Below, in pieces: positions 36,686-47,691 of a DNA stretch of 64,000 nucleotides. The stretch is from a virus (lineage: Duplodnaviria > Caudoviricetes): positions 1 through 64,000 of the IMG/VR virus record IMGVR_UViG_3300044556_000025. One strand, 5' to 3'. The position numbers and the translations under genes were made by a program. Each line of letters starts with the position of its first letter. Within the stretch, counting starts at the first letter, position 1. The notes under the pieces are model-generated. The model was not told the origin of the DNA. It did not search any database and saw only the letters and a list, made by a program, of their open reading frames with translations.

Positions 36686-37744
36686 ATGAGCTATCCCACA
36701 GACAAAGAGCTAGAGGGGAAATATTTAGACGAATCCTCTCTTACAACAATAAAACACCTTGCCATACCTACGACTACAGAAGAAAAGAATAAATGTTATC
36801 AAGACTTTGACATAACGTGGCTATATCAAAGTGAGATGTTTTACGATAACATAGCAAATGGTAGTTTTACAGGAATTTATCCGGGATGCAGTTTTACGGC
36901 TAAAGACGCAGATGGGACATTATATAGGATACGTATACTTGAATTAGATAGATATTATTATGGCTGCAGTGAAAACCTTAATAGGCCCGCCGAATTGTCG
37001 AATGATAAAACTATGTTAACTAGTTCTGCGTACATAAATCACCATATTGTGTGTACGTTAGATAGCAGTGCGGCTTGGTCATCTATGATTGGATTTTATA
37101 CACACGATTTTAGCGGAACCACGTTTAATAGTACAAACAGTGTGTCTACAGGATATTACGGTTCCGGTCTTCGAAGTTGGATAAACAATACGCTGCTAAC
37201 AAAGATCACAGAAATGTTCCAAACACATCTATTGACTGTATTGATTCGTTGTTCGACTAGCGCGCCAGCTTCAGGGTCTCAAAACCCTGCAAGCTACATT
37301 TGGTCTCCAGAAAAAGTATTTGTACCTTGCATTGAAGACTTCGTTTATCAATATCCAATACTCGCTACGCAAAGCGGAATGGTTGAGCCCAGCATACAGG
37401 GTGTAAGCGACGAAAGAATAAACGAATCAGCGTCTTACGAACCGTTTGCGGCAGTTAAGTATAATTCGTTTTTGACACAACAAGCAACTTTTGGTTTGAA
37501 CGGGTCTACAGTATATTCAGCTACTCAAGAATACTGGGTCAGGAATTTAGCTAGTAACAAGATTGCCGATAACTCTGCTACGCCCGCTGTTACGTACGGT
37601 GGCGGAAGCTTAGAGATGTACGAATCTCGAGACAACGATAAATTTAACATTCGATCTAAAAATTTAGTAGCTGCAAACACGCGCGCTGGGGTATATCCAA
37701 TATTTGTTCTAGGGACGGAAAACAAAACATATGATAGGGCGTAA
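36686..37744 (+). CDS. Putative receptor-binding protein (DUF6273/C-type-lectin-like C-terminus)
   Basis: GYYGSGLRSWIN, YWVRN, GVYPIFVL. Confidence 0.6.
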   Translation: MSYPTDKELEGKYLDESSLTTIKHLAIPTTTEEKNKCYQDFDITWLYQSEMFYDNIANGSFTGIYPGCSFTAKDADGTLYRIRILELDRYYYGCSENLNRPAELSNDKTMLTSSAYINHHIVCTLDSSAAWSSMIGFYTHDFSGTTFNSTNSVSTGYYGSGLRSWINNTLLTKITEMFQTHLLTVLIRCSTSAPASGSQNPASYIWSPEKVFVPCIEDFVYQYPILATQSGMVEPSIQGVSDERINESASYEPFAAVKYNSFLTQQATFGLNGSTVYSATQEYWVRNLASNKIADNSATPAVTYGGGSLEMYESRDNDKFNIRSKNLVAANTRAGVYPIFVLGTENKTYDRA

Positions 37745-37959
37745 AATGATCTAGTGTCGGAAAACTAAGACAACATCTAACGTTATATAATTTTAATTAC
37801 AATAAATAAACATAGATACGTAACAGCTTTTACAGATGACGAAAATATTTGGGATAAATATCACGAAGATATAGATTTTGATCCTGCTCGGAGTAGTTCA
37901 CATCCTATTTCAAGTCGCTGATAGAGAATGTAATTAAGAAGTAACTTAGATATACAGAT

Positions 37960-39699
37960 TTATCTTCGATATTCGAAAACTTTCTGGCCACAGTCATATA
38001 CAGGAAGCCAGCCGTTTTCTACCATAAGTAGCTCGTTAGACGCGCTTTTACCATAATTCGTATTAAATAGCTGATCATAACCTCTAGCCCTAAGAAGGTT
38101 AGAGGTTATTTTTTGTGAACCTTTAGACCATATCTCCTGGGGCAGCGTATCTTTTAGCTGCGTCATACCTATTTCTGTATATACACTGCCTCTAAACTTC
38201 GATCTATCGCAATAAGAAATAACATTGTTAAACTCGAAGTAATTTGTAACCCATTTGAAGAGCTTAGATGCCCCACCTACAACTTCTATTCTTGACTTAG
38301 CACAAAATCGCAGGAGCTCTAAATCGTAATTTTTGTTATAGCGAGGCTTTCCGAATGTCATAACTTCTACGAGCTCCCCTTCGTGAACTAAACCGACACA
38401 AAACACTTGACCGCGGCACGATCCCTGAAGGTGGTTGTCATTCATAAATTTTCGAGCAACTTCGGGCTTGATTATGTATTTGTCACAATTCCTTGCATAA
38501 ATTACTTTCTTTTTAGCGAGCATACTTACGATTTTGTCTACGTTGTCCCAGTCAAATATATGAATGCACCTAAATCCATTGTCTTCGGCTAGTTTAGTCT
38601 TCTCGAGATGATAATTTTTGTCCAGACCGCTAGGGTTCCAGTGATTACCGATAGTATTATGCGTATATGTCGGGTCAACTTCGATAAGGGTGTTAGAATT
38701 AACTATTTTAATGTCATATTGTTTCGTGCCTATTGCATATTCAAATTCAGTATGAATTCCACTCGATTCAAGTTTGTCAGATACTTTCTTTTTGATAGCA
38801 GATATCCGAAAATGTGACCCATTTAAATACTCTTTTGATTCGACGTAATATGGGGCACCATATCTTTCAGTCATAGTAGCCTCAAGCTTTTTTCTAAACT
38901 CGGGGACATTCATAGCCCTCTTTACGCCGTATCTCCTCACAAACGTATGAGTTATTTTGTCAATAAATTCGCTAGACTTTGAAGTGTTGTCAACGCCATA
39001 GTTGCGAATTAGAGTATTTTTGGCCTTTTCGAACGAGTCTTTGTATGCCGTTACCCTATTTTGTTTAGATCTTTCAGTTATTTCGGGAACTTTCATCGGG
39101 TTAGGCACGCCATATTTCTTAATGTTAGTTTCTTCAGTTTTATGCTTTACAATTGGAGATTGTGTAGCATACGGGACGCCAAATTTGTTCATATTTGTTT
39201 TACGCTTCTTGTTAATAGACGCTTTTGCGGCACAGCTTCTAGAACATCCATACGAAGGAGAAGTACTATTATGAACATATTTCTTACCACATATGGGGCA
39301 TACTAAGTAATGATCCTCGTTGCATATTGTTTGGTTCGCATGTGTAGGCGTAAACAATTTATGGCATATGATGCACTCTTTTTGAGGCAAAGCTATTTTT
39401 TGCTTCTTAGTTCTACAGTTGTCACAAATCTTCTGAGATCCAGACTTTGGCAAGAACTTGTGTCCGCACACTTCGCAAACTCTAGGCTTAAACCTCGACT
39501 GACGAAGTTTCTTCGAACACTCTTTAGAACAACATTTCGGAGGTCTCGTAAAGTCTCGGTCTGTCTTCTTAACAAGTTTCCCACAGACAGGGCAAGGCAA
39601 ATAGTGATCTCTGTCACAATATTCTTTCTGCGGTGAGTTTGTATCGAACGGCTTTCCGCAGCACTTGCAAATTTTGTGATACTTGAATGTCTTGCCCAT
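37960..39699 (-). CDS. Hef-like homing endonuclease (Zn ribbons + KYG repeats + PD-(D/E)XK), full length
   Basis: YDI..LIEVD..TH, NHLQG, GGASKLF, ISYCD, YDCG. Confidence 0.82.
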   Translation of the reverse strand: MGKTFKYHKICKCCGKPFDTNSPQKEYCDRDHYLPCPVCGKLVKKTDRDFTRPPKCCSKECSKKLRQSRFKPRVCEVCGHKFLPKSGSQKICDNCRTKKQKIALPQKECIICHKLFTPTHANQTICNEDHYLVCPICGKKYVHNSTSPSYGCSRSCAAKASINKKRKTNMNKFGVPYATQSPIVKHKTEETNIKKYGVPNPMKVPEITERSKQNRVTAYKDSFEKAKNTLIRNYGVDNTSKSSEFIDKITHTFVRRYGVKRAMNVPEFRKKLEATMTERYGAPYYVESKEYLNGSHFRISAIKKKVSDKLESSGIHTEFEYAIGTKQYDIKIVNSNTLIEVDPTYTHNTIGNHWNPSGLDKNYHLEKTKLAEDNGFRCIHIFDWDNVDKIVSMLAKKKVIYARNCDKYIIKPEVARKFMNDNHLQGSCRGQVFCVGLVHEGELVEVMTFGKPRYNKNYDLELLRFCAKSRIEVVGGASKLFKWVTNYFEFNNVISYCDRSKFRGSVYTEIGMTQLKDTLPQEIWSKGSQKITSNLLRARGYDQLFNTNYGKSASNELLMVENGWLPVYDCGQKVFEYRR

Positions 39700-39859
39700 A
39701 CTATGTCACCGCTTTTAAAACTATGTATATTGTGAAAAGGAAATATTATGTATTACTAGTTAATATTATAAAAATTACACAGCTGACCAATAATACTCAC
39801 ATATCCTTCAATTATGGGTAGAAATTAAAGTTTTCTGGCAATTCTAGGAGCTGAACAAT

Positions 39860-40408
39860 ATGGCATTTTCACCTCTAGCAATGGGCACCAATCACATGCT
39901 CGGAGTTGACAATTATGTACCCATTACAACGAACAACTTCGAAATTCGCATATACAACATGGACGGTACCTCGCCTACCGAAAGCTCAGACCTATTGACT
40001 CTCTCAACGTCTGAAATCGGCGACATCTCAGAATCACAAGACGCAATCGTCGTACACTATGGAAACGGGCTTATCAAGTTCCCCTCTAAAGTAACATACG
40101 GAGACGTCTCTTGGACTCTCAATTGCTATTGTGACCCCGACGTTGCTTCGGCTCTTAAAGAGTGGAGGAATCAGATTTACAACCCTGTAACGGAGAAAAT
40201 GGGCCTCCCGTCTCAGTACCTACGTCAGGTTTATTTTATTCGATACGACGGAGCCGGAAACGCGCGCTCTGCCCTAAGGTGCCCGGGCACTTGGATCTCA
40301 GGTCTCGACTTCGGTCAGTACAATCAAGAAGGCGGATCGGTCGTTCAGTTACAAACTACGTTCCAAATTTCTAAAGTCATTTATATGGGGCCCGACGAAC
40401 TGAGCTAG
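39860..40408 (+). CDS. Tail tube protein (T4 gp19-like)
   Basis: NNFE, VHYGN..KF, W..YNP.T..MG..Y. Confidence 0.85.
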   Translation: MAFSPLAMGTNHMLGVDNYVPITTNNFEIRIYNMDGTSPTESSDLLTLSTSEIGDISESQDAIVVHYGNGLIKFPSKVTYGDVSWTLNCYCDPDVASALKEWRNQIYNPVTEKMGLPSQYLRQVYFIRYDGAGNARSALRCPGTWISGLDFGQYNQEGGSVVQLQTTFQISKVIYMGPDELS

Positions 40409-40423
40409 TAGCTTCAATTAAAT

Positions 40424-40465
40424 AAGCCTTCTGGCGTATATATTTCGTCAGAAGGTTTGTTTTTT
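40424..40465 (+). terminator. Intrinsic terminator
   Basis: AAGCCTTCTGGCG...CGTCAGAAGGTTT followed by a T-run. Confidence 0.75.
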
Positions 40466-40683
40466 CATTTACACAGTCAGATATTTGTATTGTATGACGA
40501 ACTTACATTCTAAGCGGTCTATACTCCTCGTACAGCGGTTATAATTGGCTATATGGGATCTTCTATAATATATCGGCAAAATGACACAATAGAGCGGGAT
40601 TCGAAGACAAGTCTTATTTAGATATAGACGTTGTTAGAGACGTAGACAAATTGAAGGACGTATTAGAGTAAAGAGGCAAACTC

Positions 40684-41208
40684 ATGAAGATTTTATACAC
40701 AAAGAAAAACGTTTCATCGGCAACACACGAATCTGAATATGACGGAACACGTTCTCTCGGTAAGTGGAAGCTAAGCACAGTCCCCCATCTGTATATGACT
40801 AAATTCTATTTATACGAGCCTGTTAAAGACGAGTACAAAGCCGGTAAGTTTCTAGACGATCCCGAGCTTACTGACATCTTGAAAGACGACATCGATTCGG
40901 GCTTGGTCAAAACAGATTGTCCTAGCGATTCTATTGCCTTCGTGTTCTTCCAGCTAACGGACCCTGACGGTGGCCTTATTTACCTGGGCACTACAGAAGC
41001 GCTTGACAAGGAGTCACTCGACGCAATTTCTGACTGGGTACGAGGTCAAGCTAGCGACGGAATCGGCGAGAGCTTCGAGCAACAAGACTTTGCAGAGCAC
41101 ATCGATTACTCGATGGAAGACGAATGGGGAGACATACCCGACGAAGCTTACTCGATGGCATCGTTCGATTGGGACAAGAATCATTATATTTTCGAGAAGA
41201 TTCGATAG
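40684..41208 (+). CDS. Hypothetical acidic protein
   Basis: GAGG RBS; W..GQ.SDG.GE motif. Confidence 0.75.
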   Translation: MKILYTKKNVSSATHESEYDGTRSLGKWKLSTVPHLYMTKFYLYEPVKDEYKAGKFLDDPELTDILKDDIDSGLVKTDCPSDSIAFVFFQLTDPDGGLIYLGTTEALDKESLDAISDWVRGQASDGIGESFEQQDFAEHIDYSMEDEWGDIPDEAYSMASFDWDKNHYIFEKIR

Positions 41209-41227
41209 ACTCGGGAATTACAAAACG

Positions 41228-41255
41228 ATAGCCCAGACAGCCGCCTGGGCTATTT
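41228..41255. terminator. Hairpin terminator between convergent genes
   Basis: ATAGCCCAG...CTGGGCTAT. Confidence 0.65.
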
Positions 41256-41261
41256 CTATGT

Positions 41262-41552
41262 TTATATCGTCTTTCGATCTGTCTCTCGATATTTAATAAC
41301 GTAATGTTGATTCTTGTCTGCGTTATAAACTACCTCTACGTATTGGCCCTTGTCTTCGTGTACTTGAGACGAAGAACAAAACGCTTTGTAGCTGCCTAGC
41401 GTGAACGCAAACATGACGACATACGTCGATTCGAACGAAACTCCGAACTCGTAAGCTGCAAGCTGACGGCATACGTCAATTGGCGACTTGTCTTGGTATC
41501 TCTCTTCCATAGCTTTATCCCACTCCATGGCTTCTTGTGTAACGTCTTGCAT
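41262..41552 (-). CDS. DUF6275-like phage protein
   Basis: AAGGAG RBS; VV..L..KA..YVEVVYNADK..Y. Confidence 0.65.
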   Translation of the reverse strand: MQDVTQEAMEWDKAMEERYQDKSPIDVCRQLAAYEFGVSFESTYVVMFAFTLGSYKAFCSSSQVHEDKGQYVEVVYNADKNQHYVIKYRETDRKTI

Positions 41553-41971
41553 TGCAAACTCCTTCTTATCTCAGTCGATACTTGTTTGCAATAACGATTT
41601 GTGTAGTTTCATGCATAGTGAAAACACAAGTTTGTGCGGTTTTGACCCTCTCTCGACACTTGTTGAAAATTCGCGACCAGGCATTTTGCGAACTCGTATG
41701 CGAATTTTACAATGCGAATGACATAAGGCTCTCAAGATTTGCCTCATTTTTGATTACGTTAATTGTCTTTCCTGGGGTTCTTCAATGGGTTTAAAATTTC
41801 GAAATTTTTTAAACAACCCAGATACCTGGAGTAAGTCTGGTTTTATCCTCCCGCAGATACAAACATACATTTCATCGATTTAAAAATATCGAACAGCGAA
41901 GCAATAACGTGTTTGTACTCCGAAAGTTCGTTAATTCTTGTATCCTATTTGTCTAGTAGAGAGGACATCAA

Positions 41972-42346
41972 ATGGAGTCTGGGTACGAAGACGAGGTACA
42001 AGGAATTTGTGCATATCAGGACTTCGATGACTTTGACGGGATTTTGGCAACGGAAGACGATGACCCCGACGGAGATCTCGATGTTCGTCGTCTCATTAAC
42101 AACCCTACAAAAGAGTTTTTGACTGAACAGATATTGATGATTCGAGATGACTTGAAGTGGGTCCAAGACTACGTCATTTTTGCTCGTCAAAACTTCGATT
42201 ATTACGTTGAGAATATGACTGATGACGATCCAATTTCGAAAGCCGGTCTGAGGAACATATCGAAAGAGTTTGATAATTCCTACAACGCACTTAAGAAGCT
42301 ATACGACGTAACACTTCACGCAAAGATGGAAGAGACAGATGAGTGA
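41972..42346 (+). CDS. Hypothetical acidic protein
   Basis: GAGG RBS. Confidence 0.7.
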   Translation: MESGYEDEVQGICAYQDFDDFDGILATEDDDPDGDLDVRRLINNPTKEFLTEQILMIRDDLKWVQDYVIFARQNFDYYVENMTDDDPISKAGLRNISKEFDNSYNALKKLYDVTLHAKMEETDE

Positions 42347-42980
42347 CTTACAGAAGTCTGCTTTTGTCTCAGATCTTCATTTCGGTGATAAGCGAGTATT
42401 GAAGTTTGAGAGACATCAATTCGGATCCATAGAAGAACATGATAAATTTATATATGACACACTAGTATCTTGGTCTCTAAAACACAAAGGGTGGACACTT
42501 TATATACTTGGCGACTTCGGATATGTAGACAAAACGTGTGATCTTATAACAGAAATAAGAGAGAATTACGTCAACGTAATAGGTGTTAAAGGCAATCATG
42601 ACAAAAGTAAAGATTGCCGAGAAATCATGTTTTGCTGCGACGACTTCTATTATCACCCAACGTATATATCTAAGCGAGTTATGATTTGCCACGAGCCTAA
42701 GTACCCATGCCCCAAAGGTGATATTATAATTCACGGGCATCTTCATGGAATGAAGATAGCCGAACCAAATTATGTGAATACATCTATAAATGTCATAAAG
42801 TACAAGCCCGTCACGTTTAAACATGTTGCTAAGCGTTTGGGAAATTTGGATAAGCCCAAGTCTAAGTTTTTGTATGAGCCGTATGCAGATTCCTTATATT
42901 TAACACAGAAGAACCCAGACGCTGTCACAATACTTAGAAAAGACACTGGGTTAGTTGACGTTAAACGATCTAGGGGATAA
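42339..42980 (+). CDS. Calcineurin-like metallophosphoesterase
   Basis: SDLHFG, LGD, GNHD, HGHLH. Confidence 0.9.
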   Translation: MSDLQKSAFVSDLHFGDKRVLKFERHQFGSIEEHDKFIYDTLVSWSLKHKGWTLYILGDFGYVDKTCDLITEIRENYVNVIGVKGNHDKSKDCREIMFCCDDFYYHPTYISKRVMICHEPKYPCPKGDIIIHGHLHGMKIAEPNYVNTSINVIKYKPVTFKHVAKRLGNLDKPKSKFLYEPYADSLYLTQKNPDAVTILRKDTGLVDVKRSRG

Positions 42981-45528
42981 CGTGGCTTACGATCCAAGGT
43001 ATAACGTGACTTATTCGTATGAACCCGAAAATATGTTAACAGGTACGGTAGACGGTACTGGGTGGGTAGTGACAAACGGGACTACACAGACATCAGATGA
43101 CGGAAGCCCCGCCACGTTTCATTTAACAAATAGTACATCTAACGAAGATTATATTTATTCTCCCCCATTTACGCTCAAACACAATACAAGCTATTGTCTT
43201 ACGTTCAACGCGATTAGAAGCACTACCAAAACTACAGTTGACGTCTTTGTATTGGCTTGCGGAGACACTAAAACCGCTAACGACAAAGTTAACTCAAGCG
43301 CATGGATAGCTTTTCAATATATAAATGTTGACGTGAAAGAAATAGGTATTGCGGATACGTCGATTGAACTAATGTTTAACTTGCCAGAAAATAGCGTAGA
43401 GGGACAATATCAACTACGTTTCGATAACAACGGAGCAGCTGACAGTACTCTTACATATGTAGATGTAGATTCGCCTATGCTCTGTGAGGAAGAATATGCT
43501 GCGTGGGCACCTGCAAGCGGAGAGCCTCATATAGGCTCGGGAATAATGAAGCCGCTGCGTCGTAACTTGACAAACGAGCTTAAAAATAGCCGAATTCCTT
43601 CTTCTATCGAAGAGGATAGTAGCCACCCTGACGGCATTGAGTATCAGGATGTTGATACGAATCTTAACCATTGGGTCGGAAGTTATACAGAATATTTACC
43701 TTTACAGTCAGACATATCTGGGTTTTCTGACAGTACAAAGTCCTATTATTTGCATACAAACGTATGCAGATACTCTAATAGCTCTGAGCATTTAGGAATA
43801 ATTTCCGATTCTATACGGCTATATGCAAAGTATGTATCTCGCGGAGGGTTTGCTAACGAAATACGGGTAAACGACAAACACGATACTTACATATTTAATC
43901 GCGATTGGGTAAGCCTTGGCGGATCGATATCTATACCGCGCGGGTGTAAAATTGCAGAACTTGGGCTTCTTATGAACGGGGCTATTAGTGGAGGCACATT
44001 TGGACAAGACGCTAATAGCGGTAGTTCACTTTATCATACTAACATAGAGTTGTTAGATTATAGCGACGCTTCTGACGTATCATACGTCAAACTTAATAAC
44101 GTGCTCGCTCAGAACTCTCCAAAGTCGGATTCGTATTCTAGGATTGTTGAAAACAAGTTTTATGTAATACCTGCAACAAATAGCGGAACTAAGAAGACAG
44201 TATTAAATTTTGATTCTATTCTTAACACTATAACGTCTTCCGGATACACGATATACGAGCTTGACGCTAACTTTGCAAGTACAAGTACAATCGTTTCTGA
44301 CCCTAACACGGTAAACACAGCGCATATTACGTTCTTAGCAACATTTGTAAACAATAAGTTGAATAACACCTATATTGCGTGCGGAATCGCCAACAGGACT
44401 CGAGGGTCTATAACAACGTTTCGTTTTGAGCAAGTAGACCCAGATTCGACTCTTATGTCTTTGTATATGTCAGTTGCTGGTCCGCAGCCAGAGTTCTTAG
44501 TTTCTCTAAAGCCCGACACAGACCTTGTAGACAACAAGTTTTTGTCACGCGCTTGGTCTCACCTTAGGCCTAGGTCTGATATAGCAAGAAAAAGAACTAT
44601 TCGTCATTTCGACATTACAAACGAAATAGCAGACGGGTCTATATTCGCTAGGATGGACGAAGGCAATTTTGACGGGGTATATCTAGGAGACACGTTTAAG
44701 CTCCCGTTTTATCATACTACATCCGGCGGTGTTCAGTCTACTGATTACTTGAATTTCGAAGTAGTAGACATTGACAAGTATTACGGAGTAGAGTCAAATA
44801 CTGGTACGTCTAAGACGAAACATCACATTGTTTGTTTACAAACTGACCCAATTCCTTCGACTTGGTTTTCGAGCGCCGGGGTTTCACCTAGTCTATATAC
44901 GTCAACGTATCCGTCTACCGGTGGGTATGCGAACAGTAACTACGTAAACAAAATTTCTACGTTGTATTACAGTTGGCTCACCACTATGTTTACGTCTCAC
45001 AAACAATATAATATTCAAACTAATAAGCTCGAAGACAGCTACGATTCGTACGTTACGCCCTATATATTAACTACGACAATAAACGTGAGCAATTCGGTTA
45101 GTGTAACAACTTACACAACGGGGTCTACGACATCATATAAGCTAGGGCAAATTGGAAGAACGACTATAACAACAAATTCCTTCTTGCCGTCTTTCGAAGA
45201 GCTAGATCACCCTGCATATCCAAAAGAAGATGGATCTTCTGCGTTTTCGATTACTACTATAAATAATAATGTTTATCAGCTTAATGATACTATACATTAC
45301 CAAGGCTTAGATCATATTGCAAACCGGGCCTGGGTTACAAATGGAATATCAGATAACAAAAATTTGTATGTCAGGAATATGCAAAACAATGTCGGATCAA
45401 CAGATCACCTTCCAATGCCTGCAGCGTATTCTGTTGATTTCGGAGATATTTCAGACCTGGGAGGAATCGATTTTAAGTCCTCTACAGAAGTTTGCGGAAT
45501 ATGCCCAGTAATTGTTCTAGGGTATTAA
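42955..45528 (+). CDS. Tail fibre/receptor-binding protein (CBM-like domains + DUF6273-like C-terminus); start uncertain
   Basis: ENML..W, LRFDNNG, WAPA; C-terminal YVRN..GICPVIVLG; paralogous to 36686. Confidence 0.65.
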   Translation: MTLNDLGDNVAYDPRYNVTYSYEPENMLTGTVDGTGWVVTNGTTQTSDDGSPATFHLTNSTSNEDYIYSPPFTLKHNTSYCLTFNAIRSTTKTTVDVFVLACGDTKTANDKVNSSAWIAFQYINVDVKEIGIADTSIELMFNLPENSVEGQYQLRFDNNGAADSTLTYVDVDSPMLCEEEYAAWAPASGEPHIGSGIMKPLRRNLTNELKNSRIPSSIEEDSSHPDGIEYQDVDTNLNHWVGSYTEYLPLQSDISGFSDSTKSYYLHTNVCRYSNSSEHLGIISDSIRLYAKYVSRGGFANEIRVNDKHDTYIFNRDWVSLGGSISIPRGCKIAELGLLMNGAISGGTFGQDANSGSSLYHTNIELLDYSDASDVSYVKLNNVLAQNSPKSDSYSRIVENKFYVIPATNSGTKKTVLNFDSILNTITSSGYTIYELDANFASTSTIVSDPNTVNTAHITFLATFVNNKLNNTYIACGIANRTRGSITTFRFEQVDPDSTLMSLYMSVAGPQPEFLVSLKPDTDLVDNKFLSRAWSHLRPRSDIARKRTIRHFDITNEIADGSIFARMDEGNFDGVYLGDTFKLPFYHTTSGGVQSTDYLNFEVVDIDKYYGVESNTGTSKTKHHIVCLQTDPIPSTWFSSAGVSPSLYTSTYPSTGGYANSNYVNKISTLYYSWLTTMFTSHKQYNIQTNKLEDSYDSYVTPYILTTTINVSNSVSVTTYTTGSTTSYKLGQIGRTTITTNSFLPSFEELDHPAYPKEDGSSAFSITTINNNVYQLNDTIHYQGLDHIANRAWVTNGISDNKNLYVRNMQNNVGSTDHLPMPAAYSVDFGDISDLGGIDFKSSTEVCGICPVIVLGY

Positions 45529-45609
45529 TATTAAAATGCGATTGAAGCTTGTAACTTATATAAATCGGGTGTTTCTACAAATAAGATTCGTTCTTAGGCA
45601 GTATAAATT

Positions 45610-46701
45610 ATGGCTGACATACAGATAGATGAGAATACTCGTCTCGCATTTCAACAATTGCTAAAAGAAGCTATGACTGACGGCACTATTGTCGGAAACT
45701 TCATACAGTCTATGTTCTCGTATGATACAACGTCTTTGGGTGGGAATAACAATAACAAGCTCGAAGAGTCTGAAATTGAGACGTTCTTCGAGAAAATGAT
45801 ATCGGCAGCTATAGACAAGTATTACAAAGACAACGTAGCTAGCAAAGATACAGAGTCAGCCACTAAGGGCGCTAAGCTTACGGGCATATCTTCGGGTTCG
45901 CAGTTTTTGTCGACGTATCATCATCACAAGCCTAGTGAAATTGACCCCGTATATACTACAGACAAAGACGGCAAGAAGACTGTTAGCGAGACACTAAACG
46001 TTGACGTGCTACCGCAAATTCCAGGTTCTAAGGTAACTGACTTAGACAACTCTTTGTATAAGTCAGACAAAAACACAGATAGCCCGTCAGACATATCCGC
46101 AGGGCACACACTCGTAAACGAGACTACGAATTACTGGAATAACGTGCCCGAAGGATCTCGAGAGATAAGTTTCTGTAACTACGATGGCAAAGGCCACGTT
46201 GTCGGTAAGTTTGTTTCTTACGTAAACTCAGATGGTTCCGTCCAGACAGGGATTGAAGCTTTCAATCAGGTTGGCAACGGAACGTCTATGTCAAACGGGT
46301 TATATACTATAGTTAAAAAGACCGACTCTGACACCTCTAGAGCTTTCGGTGCATCTGACGTAAACGCGTTCTATCGAGGGATAAAGCCGCTACCGTCGCA
46401 TATGGGTATATTGTACGGCAGCAATACAAACGTTTCTGCCCCTGGGAAAGGCGCAACCAACACCCACACAGTAACGTTCGACCCGTCGTCTTCGAGTAAC
46501 AACAACGTTTCAACTTTCAAATTTACAGAAGCTCCAATTGTTATAGTGTGCGTCAACGCGAACAACGATTCGGGGTCTCACGTAACAGCCAGCGTGAAGT
46601 CTTCGTCTCAAACTGACTTCACGTACATGCTATACTGTGACGCTGACGGCAGCCCGCAAGTTAACGTAAACTGGATAGCTATCGGTAACTGCTCATTCTA
46701 G
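45610..46701 (+). CDS. Tail fibre-like protein with an H-type-lectin/gp53-like C-terminus
   Basis: VTF..FTEAPIV..VNWIAIG. Confidence 0.65.
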   Translation: MADIQIDENTRLAFQQLLKEAMTDGTIVGNFIQSMFSYDTTSLGGNNNNKLEESEIETFFEKMISAAIDKYYKDNVASKDTESATKGAKLTGISSGSQFLSTYHHHKPSEIDPVYTTDKDGKKTVSETLNVDVLPQIPGSKVTDLDNSLYKSDKNTDSPSDISAGHTLVNETTNYWNNVPEGSREISFCNYDGKGHVVGKFVSYVNSDGSVQTGIEAFNQVGNGTSMSNGLYTIVKKTDSDTSRAFGASDVNAFYRGIKPLPSHMGILYGSNTNVSAPGKGATNTHTVTFDPSSSSNNNVSTFKFTEAPIVIVCVNANNDSGSHVTASVKSSSQTDFTYMLYCDADGSPQVNVNWIAIGNCSF

Positions 46702-46931
46702 CACTTCTTGCCGACGGAAAAGTCTTGAATCTCAGACTTCTTTACTTTAATTATCGGAACGTTCAGATTGTTAGGCTCTTTCGGTATAAGCCAATACGAA
46801 TCGCCTTCAGATGACGAAACTTTAAATCGAGACCCACTTTTAACATGTACGGGTCCTGACTCCGTATTAAAATAACAACCGATAGAGTTGCACCTAACAA
46901 TGTGACCAATCACGTAGTCTTCTTCACACAT
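46698..46931 (-). CDS. Hypothetical protein
   Basis: GAGG RBS on the minus strand. Confidence 0.5.
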   Translation of the reverse strand: MCEEDYVIGHIVRCNSIGCYFNTESGPVHVKSGSRFKVSSSEGDSYWLIPKEPNNLNVPIIKVKKSEIQDFSVGKKC

Positions 46932-47005
46932 ATTATGTCCACATCCTCGTTATTATTAATACATATTGTAACGATCATTGTATGACATTTGAGAAGGGAA
47001 GAGTT

Positions 47006-47611
47006 ATGAACGTAGAAGTTATTTCTGCAACTTCTAAGCCAATTCATCTTTTGTCGTTTGCCGCTGGAATCTGCTACGGTAAAGCAGATCAATTTTCAGA
47101 GAAGCGTGTTAGGAACTGTATTAAGATGGGGCATACCTCTATTGTCGAACACGCTGTAGTTTCGTATCACATCGACGGAATTTCAAGATCCTGCCTCGCA
47201 CAGCTATGTCGTCATCGTCACATTTCGCTGTCAGTTCAAAGCCAGAGGTATTGTAAGTTCGACGAAAAGACATTGAAAGACGGAAACTGGTATGTCACAC
47301 CGCCTTCGGTTAAAGTGGATTCAAAAACTCTCGAAGAGTATTGCGATGACATGGATTGCCAGCTGAAAAAGTATATCAATCTTACAAAAATAGGTGTTAA
47401 ATCAGAAGACGCTAGATTCCTACTCCCCGAATCTACAAAGACTCGTCTTGTTATGTCTACAAACGCTCGAGAGCTCCAGTCTATCTTGAAGCTTCGTCTT
47501 GACAGTCACGCACAATGGGAGATCCGAGAGCTTGCTCAAAATATGTATGATCGAGCCCATGACATAGATGATGAGTGGGCGACTCTTGTCGAATGGCTTC
47601 TAGAGTTCTAA
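47006..47611 (+). CDS. thyX: Flavin-dependent thymidylate synthase
   Basis: GHTSIVEH, RHRHISLSVQSQRY, EDARFLLP, HAQWEIR. Confidence 0.95.
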   Translation: MNVEVISATSKPIHLLSFAAGICYGKADQFSEKRVRNCIKMGHTSIVEHAVVSYHIDGISRSCLAQLCRHRHISLSVQSQRYCKFDEKTLKDGNWYVTPPSVKVDSKTLEEYCDDMDCQLKKYINLTKIGVKSEDARFLLPESTKTRLVMSTNARELQSILKLRLDSHAQWEIRELAQNMYDRAHDIDDEWATLVEWLLEF

Positions 47612-47691
47612 TTTTACTATTGGCATTTTATAGGAATTGGCATACAATTAATTAAAAGTTGATTGTATGCCAATCTTTTTAGTGAGGCTTC

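Noticed and set aside
2384-41255. Shared GCCCAGACAG core in the hairpins at 2384 and 41228 as a mobile repeat
   Set aside because: Only two short copies, adequately explained as terminators
36686-46701. Diversity-generating retroelement
   Set aside because: No reverse transcriptase and no TR/VR pair were seen in this window
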